The notes beneath the pieces were generated by a model, which was given only the letters and a program-made list of their open reading frames with translations, ran no database searches and was not told the DNA's origin. The position numbers were made by a program, and so were the translations under genes. A stretch of DNA of 20,000 nucleotides from an uncultured virus (IMG/VR IMGVR_UViG_3300032087_004682) (Duplodnaviria > Heunggongvirae > Uroviricota > Caudoviricetes): the IMG/VR virus record IMGVR_UViG_3300032087_004682. The stretch is one strand, 5' to 3'. Shown here in pieces: positions 8,653 through 18,600 of the stretch (the first letter of the stretch is position 1; every line of letters begins with the position of its first letter).

Positions 8653-9711
8653 TTAAGCCAATGAACCAATACTGTTTACGGATGCGTATTTAACCGATTC
8701 CCAATCCTCTTCTACAATTTTGTACTCAAGGGTCTTCGCATTAATCCATGGGATTGATGGATTTGATGTATCGGGAAGAATTGTGAACCTATCTGAGTTA
8801 GTTAAGCGGAGAGAGTCCTTTAGGGCTAATCTCCATTTAGTAGCTATTTCGGTCTTTTGTGCATTATCAACCCCATCCCTCCAGGTTATAATAATCTCAT
8901 CCTTTACATATGCGGGTGCTGTTTCCTTTTTTGTGTTCCTATTAAGAGATAATGCTTCAATTAAGGCAGCTTGAGTATCACGAGTTTTATCAATTTCTGC
9001 TTTATCGCCAGCAGTCATAACAACTAAAGAGCCATTACTCTCTTGGGCTATAGCCCGTATTACGTCTCTAGCATCTGTGCCTTTGGGTAACTGATATAAA
9101 CCCATACTGACTACACCACGCTCACCTGTATCCTGTACTACCTTAGTCAGTTGGTATTTATCAAGTAGTTCTTGGTCAATATCCTCGATCCCCTCCAGCC
9201 CATCTTCTGATGTAGGCTGGATACGCCACCTAATGTATATCTGGTTGGCTATGTAATTACCTTTTGCGTCAGATTTGATATCATGCTCCGTCTCTACATT
9301 TTTTTCAGATATTGTCCTATCAATGCCCGCCTCCAAGTACGCCAACTCTCGTCTTTTCTGTGCAATCAGACTTGGATCCGTAGATCCATTATCTACTAGT
9401 GATTGTACCTCTGCCCTTAACTGAGTGGCTTCATTCACTTTTTGGCTATACTCACTTTCGCTAACTGTCCTTTTAAAATAATCAGGGAGGGCTGTCGCAA
9501 GTATAGTTGATAATATTTTGTTCTGTTGAGTCAGGGTTAATAAGTATTGCTCTATTGCCTCTATACGACTAGCTACGCTACCAAACGCAGTGTAGGCCTT
9601 GCCGTCTACTAAGTCTAGCCTGGACAACTGTTCATTCACACCAAGCTTGATTGCGTTTAGTTCATCGGGATAAATCTTATCCCCTTCTTTCTTGTCTGGA
9701 AATGTAATCAT
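8653..9711 (-). CDS. Fibre-anchor/coiled-coil protein with two C-terminal subtilisin-propeptide-like (I9/fervidolysin N-pro-like) domains (352 aa)
   Basis: The N-terminus MITFPDKKEGDKIYPDELNAIKLGVNE resembles phage fibre N-termini, followed by helical aa 30-135. Repeats at aa 153-232 (YIANQIYIRWR...LLDKYQL...GLYQLPKGTDARDVIRAI) and aa 268-352 (YVKDEIIITWRDGVDNAQKTEIATKWRL...VKYASVNSIGSL). The ORF is solid; the domain call is by eye. Confidence 0.6.
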   Translation of the reverse strand: MITFPDKKEGDKIYPDELNAIKLGVNEQLSRLDLVDGKAYTAFGSVASRIEAIEQYLLTLTQQNKILSTILATALPDYFKRTVSESEYSQKVNEATQLRAEVQSLVDNGSTDPSLIAQKRRELAYLEAGIDRTISEKNVETEHDIKSDAKGNYIANQIYIRWRIQPTSEDGLEGIEDIDQELLDKYQLTKVVQDTGERGVVSMGLYQLPKGTDARDVIRAIAQESNGSLVVMTAGDKAEIDKTRDTQAALIEALSLNRNTKKETAPAYVKDEIIITWRDGVDNAQKTEIATKWRLALKDSLRLTNSDRFTILPDTSNPSIPWINAKTLEYKIVEEDWESVKYASVNSIGSLA

Positions 9712-9923
9712 GATAATTCCTCTAGTTTCTTCTCAAGTTTTTTTACTTTTGCTTGCAAGGTAGCTATATCAGTTCCTTCTAAAATTAATACTTTTTCCCG
9801 AAGTCTGTCTAAGTTCTCTTTAGTGACGGTACACCATTCTTCCATCTCGGGTGGCACATCCATGGCATCAGGGAAGCGTACCTCTATGTCAGCTGAAAAT
9901 GGTCTAGATATTGGTAAGCTCAT
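9708..9923 (-). CDS. Small coiled-coil virion protein (71 aa), possibly nozzle-associated
   Basis: ATGA overlaps at both ends, C-terminal heptads (IATLQAKVKKLEKKLEELS), and a position directly after the nozzle-like gene. Confidence 0.65.
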   Translation of the reverse strand: MSLPISRPFSADIEVRFPDAMDVPPEMEEWCTVTKENLDRLREKVLILEGTDIATLQAKVKKLEKKLEELS

Positions 9924-12433
9924 CCTTGGTTGTATGCCTGCGTTGTGGAGCGTGTATCTATTCCACTGACCTCAAAAGTTCTACCAACAACTTTGATCGG
10001 ATTATTCATGACATAAGGTAGACCGCCTTCCACATATGAAGTTTGATCGTAAGCAAAACCGTTATCCATAAATACATTTCCGTCATTTACATATATTGGA
10101 TCCACGGTTAATTCATCCCTGAAGTAAGCCGATCTGGAATATATTGGAATCATGTTTTCGTCTCTAATGTCATTAAGAATAACATAGTCCAAATCTCCAT
10201 CCATCGTCTCAACCTCTTCCGTTCCTTGAGGTGATGATGTCTTGCTTATTCTTACCTTTACTGGAGTGACATCATATTTACTAGATAACTCCAGAACGTA
10301 TGAGCGAAGCTCTTTATCGGAGAACGAATTACCGAAATCAATAAGACCGCTTTTAATTCTTGAATGGTATCCGTAACCCAATCGGTTGTATATCCTGTAT
10401 GGCTCAGCGTCTCCAACCTTTGGTGGACCGTATCCATATCGTACAATCACTCCCCCGTACTGCGGATCTTCCCTGTATTGCGTACCTACATATATGCGGT
10501 CATGCTCACCAGCTTGATGTACGCCCATAACAAACCATGCCTCATCCGGCCCGATCCTATTGATCTTTGGTTTACGAATAAATGCACAAGCTGTAAAACT
10601 AGAGTCAATTTCAGATAGTGTATTCTGTATGTAATCATAGGCTAAAACAGCCCATTTTAATTTCGGAGAATCCACGGAATTATTCTTTTCATCCCTGTAT
10701 TCCCCAGCTGAATTTGTTATGTATCCATTGGGGCAGTTTATAAATATTTCCCTGGTTACTGGATTGTCTTCTGTAAATACATACTCAGATAAATCTGGTG
10801 GCACAAACTGCCAAAAAGGAGGACCAAGCTCAAATATTTTAACAGGCTGAGGCTCTGATGATGAACGGTTTATGGAGTAAATACCAGAGTTACCCATAAA
10901 TATGTGAGTGTCTCCATTGACCAAGGTAATTGTGTGCCTAAAGTCTGCCACCCTGCCCCCGCTGTATCTTGGCTCAATAGCAAATGGATTCTCTGGACTA
11001 TTTGTTTTGGATACAAAGAAAAATCCTGTGTCACGATATACTACAAGTTTATCAGACAACTCTTTCATTTTAAGAATACGAGATCCATCTTGGGCAAATT
11101 CTCTTACCGCTGCGGGTGATCTTAATTGTTCTGCATATGGGCGAAGGACCACCGTGTAGTCACCAGCCTCCAGTGGTTGCGCTGTAGCAGGATCTACGAA
11201 TGTAATGTGTTCGTTCTCGGAGTTTACAAATCGGTATGCGATGCGGGAGTCGTTAGTGAAAGATAACGGCAGATATGCAGGAAGTGTATTATCATCATAG
11301 GTACCTAAAAATATACCACTAATGAGCAGACTATCTAATTTCTCATCTACAGTCTTAATGGTATCCGTCATATTCACCGTGTACGCTTCACTACTTTGAA
11401 ACGCACCAGTGCTATACAATTCGTACATACTGCCATCACCGCCTATTTTAAATTTGTAGGTGGGTGTAAATTCATACCTTCCAATAGGGTCTATGGTCAA
11501 TGTACCTGGTAATCCACCAGATTCCATAACTACTGCATCACCTGATATAATACCTGAGTTAAATAACTTAGGTTCTCCTTCTGCGGAGTACATCATTCGG
11601 TATTGGTATCTTTGTGTTTTTAGCAGCCCGTAACTTGGGTGGTCGTATATCCATCCATAGGGATCTTCATACTGGGTAAAGAGTACATCGTATCCATCTA
11701 CTACTGTTGTTAAGTCTCCACAGAATAATCTGTCTTGGAAGACGCCGATTGTGCCAACGGATATGACTCCATTCTCTCTTAAAGAATATAATGGCACTGC
11801 CCGGTCATAGCTTGATTTATATACAATAGGAAGATCAACTCCGTTATTTATAATGCAGTGATTTTGTACATCCACTACCTCCCAGCGGTATGCACCACCA
11901 TCCATGGGAGTAACGAAGTTGCCATCTGCATCCACGGCATCCATATACCGCTCAAACTCGTAGATCTCTTTCCAGAAAAAGTCATCGCTTGAGTCTGCCC
12001 AGTACTCTTTCCCGTTAGCATCTACAGCATACTTATCAGATGGATTGTTATAGTCCTGCGCGTAAGTGGCATCCCCAGCTACCAGCCTCCATACCTTGGG
12101 TCCTGCTATTGCTATAAGAACAGGCGTACCATTATCGCCTTGAAATTGATAGATCGCACGGATTGGGTATTTTGAGTCTAGTGCATCAAATGTGATGTTA
12201 TTCCCCCACTGTGCTACCTCTGCTGAGTTTGGTCTTGGGTTAAATAGTTCCCAACCTTCTCTTCTTAATTCACCATCTGTTTCTCTGCGAAAGTTTAATT
12301 TTTCTGTATAATTAGCAGAACTAGATAAGTAGTTGGTGTCCTTAGTTATCGGCACATCATCCGAGGCAGAGCCAATCAATGCACCCCCTTGCGCTGGGTG
12401 TATTGTTACATGCTTATACCGCTTTCTTGCCAT
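9920..12433 (-). CDS. Putative tail nozzle/hub protein (P22 gp10 / T7 gp12-like beta-propeller; 837 aa)
   Basis: Beta-rich with blade-like motifs: IRAIYQF...VLIAIAGPKVWRL, CIINNGVDLPIVY, IGVFQDRLF, ILKMKELSDKLVVYRDTGFFFV, HIFMGNSGIYSI, VLAYDY, and a C-terminal SRIKSGLIDFGNSFSDKELR. Size and position before the ejection genes fit. Confidence 0.7.
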   Translation of the reverse strand: MARKRYKHVTIHPAQGGALIGSASDDVPITKDTNYLSSSANYTEKLNFRRETDGELRREGWELFNPRPNSAEVAQWGNNITFDALDSKYPIRAIYQFQGDNGTPVLIAIAGPKVWRLVAGDATYAQDYNNPSDKYAVDANGKEYWADSSDDFFWKEIYEFERYMDAVDADGNFVTPMDGGAYRWEVVDVQNHCIINNGVDLPIVYKSSYDRAVPLYSLRENGVISVGTIGVFQDRLFCGDLTTVVDGYDVLFTQYEDPYGWIYDHPSYGLLKTQRYQYRMMYSAEGEPKLFNSGIISGDAVVMESGGLPGTLTIDPIGRYEFTPTYKFKIGGDGSMYELYSTGAFQSSEAYTVNMTDTIKTVDEKLDSLLISGIFLGTYDDNTLPAYLPLSFTNDSRIAYRFVNSENEHITFVDPATAQPLEAGDYTVVLRPYAEQLRSPAAVREFAQDGSRILKMKELSDKLVVYRDTGFFFVSKTNSPENPFAIEPRYSGGRVADFRHTITLVNGDTHIFMGNSGIYSINRSSSEPQPVKIFELGPPFWQFVPPDLSEYVFTEDNPVTREIFINCPNGYITNSAGEYRDEKNNSVDSPKLKWAVLAYDYIQNTLSEIDSSFTACAFIRKPKINRIGPDEAWFVMGVHQAGEHDRIYVGTQYREDPQYGGVIVRYGYGPPKVGDAEPYRIYNRLGYGYHSRIKSGLIDFGNSFSDKELRSYVLELSSKYDVTPVKVRISKTSSPQGTEEVETMDGDLDYVILNDIRDENMIPIYSRSAYFRDELTVDPIYVNDGNVFMDNGFAYDQTSYVEGGLPYVMNNPIKVVGRTFEVSGIDTRSTTQAYNQG

Positions 12434-14028
12434 TAAGAAGTTGGGTAGTTACTTTGCGTATTTAATTTGCCTGAATATTTCGCCTCTATGTAGTCTATTA
12501 AAGTGGCAAATTCATTATCTGGTAGAGCAGATGGTATAAATATACTTTCGCAAAAATGCAGCGTGGATGAATTGTAAGTCCATAAGCCAGAAAATGAGTC
12601 AGTAACCAGAGGTGGGACATGGTAAACGTAACCTAAGTCTGATTCGCCATTTAGGGCGGTAAGGGTCGTGCAGTGCCCATTTGCAGCCCACCAGTCCTGA
12701 GAGTGCTCAACTCCAGTTTGTTCAACAGCCCAATTAGAGTCATGACCTCCAGCGTTTTGAATTGCAGTGGATTGCTGGTGAAGCGTGCTATGCATCAAGT
12801 TGCCATTGGTATAAAATTTTGCTCCTGAGCCATCTTCTTTCCAGCGCGCCACAAACACAGATAGTTTGCCCTGATCTGGGAAAGACTCACCCCCTTCGGG
12901 GGGGTTATAAGTATTTGTATCATTTACAAAAAACTCATCAAAATCTTCCCTGTTTCTCGCTGTAAATAATTGCCCAATACCAACATTGTAGTCCAATTTA
13001 TGACTACCATAAGAATTGGCAACACCAGCCCCTGATCCATAAAACCCTGGAAACTCAGGCCATGTAACTCCATTGGGGCTTCCATAGTATGTGACACCAT
13101 CGTATGTCACATTGGAATTTGTGTACCACTGACCATCGGAGAATCTACGGGGATTAAAATATCTTCCCCGCTTTGTCATATCGTATTGCCTGTCGCTTGT
13201 TGAATAGCCAGTAGCCCACTCAGATGGCAGATGTGTACCGGTGTTTAAAAAAACATAAGGGGATGAATAATAATCCCTAAAAGTAGGACGATTACCACAC
13301 CAATATGGAAGCACTAATACAGAGATGAAACCTTCATTTAAAGCAACCGAATACGGGGTTATATCAGTGCCAATATTTGTAGTAAATTTCCCAAATGCCT
13401 CACTGCCAGATTTTACGGGCAGTGCTGACCCGTAATAATGATAAAAATCTACATCCAATGTAGTATCATGGCAGAGATACATATAGTCAGTGCCTTTTGC
13501 GCTCCATCCATCATAAGAATTTGCTTGGTTAATTATAGACCCAGCATTACCAATTCTACCCGCAGGATCAGTTAGATTGCCACTGAATTGACCGCTATTT
13601 ATGGTGTGGTCAGAAACTTTATCTCCTCCTACTTGATTAACTTGATCTGATGCAGAATAATGCTGCAATGGCTCAACACTAATTCTGTACGGAGTGCCAT
13701 CTGTGTAGGATGGCGCGTTATTAGGATAAGCAAGATTATTAAGGGATTTTCCAAATATAGGACCAACCTCAACTGGTGACTCTATAACCTCAGTTCCCCT
13801 TGTTGTTCTGGTCTTATAATAGTATGGAGTTGAGTCTGCGAGATTATCATCCGAGTAGGAATAACTTCTTCTCCCAGCTTGAAGGGATGGTACTTCATGT
13901 ACGCTTGCCCATGTGCCACTTTCACCCTGTTTGCGTAAAATTTCTACTTTTGTAGAATCATTGGCACTGGATGTTCCATCGGCATTGCCATTTGGGTCTT
14001 CTATTAAGAAATTTATCTTTGTGGTCAT
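12433..14028 (-). CDS. FN3-like + LamG/ConA-like putative adhesin, paralogue B (531 aa)
   Basis: The N-terminal ~90 aa are FN3-like (VEILRK...W...SYSDDNLADSTPYYYKTR). PLQHYSASD, FYTNGNL and the C-terminal FCESIFIPSALPDNEFATLIDYIEAKY match jelly-roll LamG-like signatures. Colinear with the 526-aa neighbour. Confidence 0.65.
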   Translation of the reverse strand: MTTKINFLIEDPNGNADGTSSANDSTKVEILRKQGESGTWASVHEVPSLQAGRRSYSYSDDNLADSTPYYYKTRTTRGTEVIESPVEVGPIFGKSLNNLAYPNNAPSYTDGTPYRISVEPLQHYSASDQVNQVGGDKVSDHTINSGQFSGNLTDPAGRIGNAGSIINQANSYDGWSAKGTDYMYLCHDTTLDVDFYHYYGSALPVKSGSEAFGKFTTNIGTDITPYSVALNEGFISVLVLPYWCGNRPTFRDYYSSPYVFLNTGTHLPSEWATGYSTSDRQYDMTKRGRYFNPRRFSDGQWYTNSNVTYDGVTYYGSPNGVTWPEFPGFYGSGAGVANSYGSHKLDYNVGIGQLFTARNREDFDEFFVNDTNTYNPPEGGESFPDQGKLSVFVARWKEDGSGAKFYTNGNLMHSTLHQQSTAIQNAGGHDSNWAVEQTGVEHSQDWWAANGHCTTLTALNGESDLGYVYHVPPLVTDSFSGLWTYNSSTLHFCESIFIPSALPDNEFATLIDYIEAKYSGKLNTQSNYPTS

Positions 14029-15605
14029 AAGCTATAATCCCCTTGAGGTAACATATTATCTTCGTATTTATTTGCTAAATACGTAGTTAATCTCCTGAAA
14101 TCCTGATTGGTTAAGGAGGATGGAATTACCATTACCTCGCAAATACCTATGCGTCCATCCCAGTTAGTACTCCACATTTGCCCAAATCCAGCTGAATTAA
14201 TAAATGCCGGAATGTGATAACGATACCCCTCCATTGGGGTTGATTGAGTAGATGGACTATGACCTATATGTAAGTAGCTAAAATCAGTTGTATGATTGTT
14301 AGCAGACCACCATGTAGGCTCACCCGATGTGGGTACACCAGATACAAAGTAGTTGTTATGACCATTTGCATTCTCGGCAGCTATAAACTGATGATGCTCT
14401 GCTCCGTGAAAAAGATTTCCATTTACATAAGTCTGGGTGCCAGAACCGTCTTCTTTTTGCCTAAGTATAACTGTACTTACCTTATTTGTATCTGAGCCTG
14501 TAGGATAAACATTACTAGTGGATATTATAGGTTTGATTTGATTATCGTATACGTGTTGATAATCACCTCTGCTCCATGCCGATATACCACCAATAGCCTG
14601 CGGATACCTGTAATTAGCCGATTGAGTACAGCTGCCTATAGCACCATCTTTATGACCCCAGTACCCCCTGGCTTCAGGCCAATAAACACCATTGGGTGGG
14701 CCAAAGTAATTCCCAATATTGGAAGGTTCGTAAAACCCGCCATCGCTAACTTTTCTCGGATGATACTTATTGGTTGATGAATAATCAAAATTACTCGGTA
14801 GGCCGCCAGATACATTCCACTCTGTAGGTAAAGTTTGGGTATCAAGACCTTTCCAATATGGACTAGAGTATTGATCTTGAAATATTCTTTTAGTCCCTTG
14901 GAGCTCTTGGTAGGTGACCACCATTACCATGGTTAAGCCTTCATCCATGGCTATTATTTGAGCGTCAGAATCTACGCCTAAATTACTTTTTAATGAACTA
15001 AATGCTCCAGCTGAGTTGACAGCTAAGCTGGGTCCATATGGCCCTGTATAACAATTTATGTACGGAATGCCAAGGGATGTGGTCTGCACTGTCCAAGCTG
15101 TGCTTGTATTCCATCCAAGACCAGGATACAGATCATTTTGGTTAGTAACCGTTTCGCCTGATTGATATGCTCTACCCTCTACTTGCCCGTAAAAATTGTA
15201 CTCATACTCGGCATTGATGTGCAAAAGTGGTGCTACACTAATAAAATTTGGAACCCCATCTGTATTACTAGGTATATTACCTGGATAACCTAATTCATGT
15301 AACCCAGATATAAAAATAGGGCCAATCTCATCAGACTCTACAAAATCAGAGCCTCTGTAAAATTTAGCCACATAAAAATAGGGAGTCTTTAGCAGGATGT
15401 CCGTATCCTCTACGGTGTATGTGTGTTGACCAGGTTGAAGATCTGACCCTTGTATTGTTTCTATTAGCGCAAAAGATCCACCAGCCGAGGCGGGGCCTTC
15501 TCTCTTTAGGATCTCTATCTTACTTGAGTCATTTGCGCCAGCGACTCCATCACTTCTTCCGTTAGGGTCAGTTATGCTAAATGTAATTTTTGCTGAAACG
15601 GCCAT
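14025..15605 (-). CDS. FN3-like + LamG/ConA-like putative adhesin, paralogue A (526 aa)
   Basis: FN3-like IEILKRE...YTVEDTDILLKTPYFYVAK. PLLHINAE, LTMVMVV, TYVNGNL and GRIGICEVMVIPSSLTNQDFRRLTTYLANKY are LamG-like signatures. Colinear with the 531-aa neighbour. Confidence 0.65.
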   Translation of the reverse strand: MAVSAKITFSITDPNGRSDGVAGANDSSKIEILKREGPASAGGSFALIETIQGSDLQPGQHTYTVEDTDILLKTPYFYVAKFYRGSDFVESDEIGPIFISGLHELGYPGNIPSNTDGVPNFISVAPLLHINAEYEYNFYGQVEGRAYQSGETVTNQNDLYPGLGWNTSTAWTVQTTSLGIPYINCYTGPYGPSLAVNSAGAFSSLKSNLGVDSDAQIIAMDEGLTMVMVVTYQELQGTKRIFQDQYSSPYWKGLDTQTLPTEWNVSGGLPSNFDYSSTNKYHPRKVSDGGFYEPSNIGNYFGPPNGVYWPEARGYWGHKDGAIGSCTQSANYRYPQAIGGISAWSRGDYQHVYDNQIKPIISTSNVYPTGSDTNKVSTVILRQKEDGSGTQTYVNGNLFHGAEHHQFIAAENANGHNNYFVSGVPTSGEPTWWSANNHTTDFSYLHIGHSPSTQSTPMEGYRYHIPAFINSAGFGQMWSTNWDGRIGICEVMVIPSSLTNQDFRRLTTYLANKYEDNMLPQGDYSL

Positions 15606-18600
15606 TATAAGTAATCCTCTTGAGTGGTGACTGATCCATCGGTAACTTCTACATCGACCTCAAGCACAGATGTATTTGCTAGTAGGTTAAGTCCATCGGT
15701 TGTTGTTACATTCTGGGTATAGGTTGTACCGCCAACCTCAAGTGGTACAGGCCCGAAAGTAATTGTTTGCGTATCGGTGTCCGTAAGTCCTTGGTCATCC
15801 GTAACTGTTAGTGTTACATCAAGTGAGCCTGTGGTATCCCCAGGTGAGCCAGATGGAAGGGTGATTTTACCCAGTGACTTGAATTGCCCCTCAGTGCCGT
15901 TAACCAAAGTAGCCACAACTTTACCCTTGGATCCATTTAGATTTGGGTGGGTGCCTGTTCCGCACTCTATGTGGTCCTCAAGTTCAGCGTAAAATGAAAG
16001 ATCGCCTATATTTGTAGTCAGCCACTCATTCACCTCATCGGTGGTTAACGCTCTATTTAAAAATCCTATGTCTTGAAATAGACCAGCCAGCATTGTGTGC
16101 CTATAACCCCAGGACAGTCCACTACCTGATGGTGAGCCAAAAAGCCTGAGTTTTTCACCTGTTGATGATGGGCTTGAAAGATTAAATGTGCTTGGGATTG
16201 ATGTTGGATTTTGAAAATATTGATTATAAGTACTTGAGCTAGTATCAGAGTCATACCAGCTTATGTTTTTAATGCCGTTATTTAATGTGGCTGTATGTAT
16301 ACTTCCTCCTGTTGACCAGACTGCCAACTTACCAACTGGGCCTACTTTTGAGCTAGTTGTACTACTGTATTGTATGCCGTTTGATGCGCTTGGTAGATTA
16401 CCCACAGAGCCACTACCATAATTGACATGATCATGGAGATATGCTGTGGTCTGGTATGTATTCCAGTTTAGGGATTGCCCGCCTCTTTCAAAGACTGTTA
16501 CTGGAAGTGCATAATGTTGCTGTATTTCTTGCATGTCTACAAGAATAGCCCAAGGTTTTGTAAGGTCTCCGTAGTTATAAGTAGAGTTTCCATTTATACT
16601 CTGTACCTCAATGTGTGAGCCATTAACATAGTTTTCACGGAATGTTCTTACTGCAGTATCCCTGCTATCTATGGTAACTGATGAATTGCTTGTTGAGTAT
16701 TCAGCGCTAACAACCTTTCCGTCCCCAGATGGTGCGGTACTAATATCGGTAAGCTCTATTGTTGATCCAAAGTATAAGTCTCCAGAAACAAGGAATGTGG
16801 AGATTGGTAGCCTTCCAAATCTTGCAGCTACTTCAACTGCATTATTCGTATTATCACCCTCTGGCCTTATAATAACGTCTGTCTCGGCATCCTCTCTGTC
16901 GGCTACTAAATTTTGACCAGTTGGCTCTATCCACTCAATGAAACCGTAACCTTGATCCGTAAAAGGTATTGCTTTTATTGTCTGCGTAGAGAATGCATCA
17001 AAGTCGCCTCCGTGTGCCCTAAGCTCCACATTGCTAGTTGTCCATACGCCGTCTGTCGTTAGACCCTGTGTATAACTATGTAGAACGACATTAAAATCAT
17101 TACTAGCTCCATTTACTTCTATATCCCCCCAGTACCCCTCATAAGTTGAATTAGGTGCATTTAAAGCATCATTTGTTGCCGCATGAATAACATAAAGTTT
17201 GTACTGAAGTAAGCTAAAGTTAGCTATAAAGTTGAGGTTGTTAATTGCTGCTATCGTTTCCCCCTCACTTTGTGTGGGATCTATGAATAGTGCAGAGTCA
17301 TACCTGGAGTCTGCGATTATGCTGTCAAATACATGGTATTGAGATGGTGTTGCTTTATATCCTCCTTGATCGCCATGTGTTTTGGTTACGGATGTGTAGG
17401 CAGTGCCCCATAACCCCTGGTCTGGATTTATCTGATCATATAGCTCTAGTGACCCCCATGGTATAGTGTAATTGCCGTGGTAGACTGTACTTAATCCATT
17501 GGGCATATAATAGGTGACTCCATTAATAACATGCTCATGATTAGAGCCATCACCATCTGGGTCACTATTCGCTTCGTTTGCTGTCTCGTACAATGGATAA
17601 TAACCATCCAGAGCTATCTTGCCTTTAAATTTAGCCCCAGTCAGGATTGTGTATTCTTTTAGCTTAAAGTATGCAGTGAGCTTTGAAGTTCCCAAAACCT
17701 GTGCCTTGCTGGCTGCAACGGTAGTGTCGGTAATCGTGCTATCTCCTTCAGTAACAGCCCAATAATCAAATTCATAACCTGGTCTACCATCTGGGGTATT
17801 ACCGGGAGTTGCCTCAATATCCACTTCCGTAAAGTGAGCGTATGTACCAGAACCCGTAGCTGTTCCACCGATTTCCGCTGCTACCGTAAGTACATAAGTT
17901 TTGTACTGAAAGTTTGCGGTTACTGTTACCGCACCAAGCATCTCAACCGTAGTGGAGTCCAGGTTGGCATTTGTCACAACTGCACCCGTCCAATTCACGA
18001 AATCATGAATCTGGTCTGGTGTGGCGGTGATTGGAGCCAAGTCACCATGCTGGTAGGTTACTCCACCACCTGATGTAGTTCCCCCGCCAGCAGCTCCTGC
18101 TGACAAGCTGTAAGCTAAAACCGTAAGTCCGTAGTCCTTGAGCTTAAAGTTAGCAGTGACCGTAGATGCACCAATCATATTAACCGTAGTCGGATTAATA
18201 TTTGCATCCACTAAGTTCTCGCCTGACCAGTAATCAAATTCGTAACCAGCGGAATCATCTGGTGTGGCGGTAACGGTAGCTTGTGTAAAATGCTCAAATG
18301 TACCACCACCAAGAGCATTACCACCATTGCCAGCATTAACTGTTAAGAGGTACTGCTTTAGCTTGAATGTTGCGGTTACTATCTTGCTGGTAACCATTAA
18401 TACTGAGGTGGAGGCACTCGACAAGTCACCCACCTCATCGCCAGTCCATACATCAAAATCATGAATGTCATCTGGAGTTGCCTCAATAGTTGCTACATCT
18501 CCATGCTGGTAATTGGGATATTTCTCATCTAATGACTCGGCTGTACCACCTGAGCCAGAGGTAACAGATAGGGTGTAGTCTTTTAACTTAAAGTTAGCGG

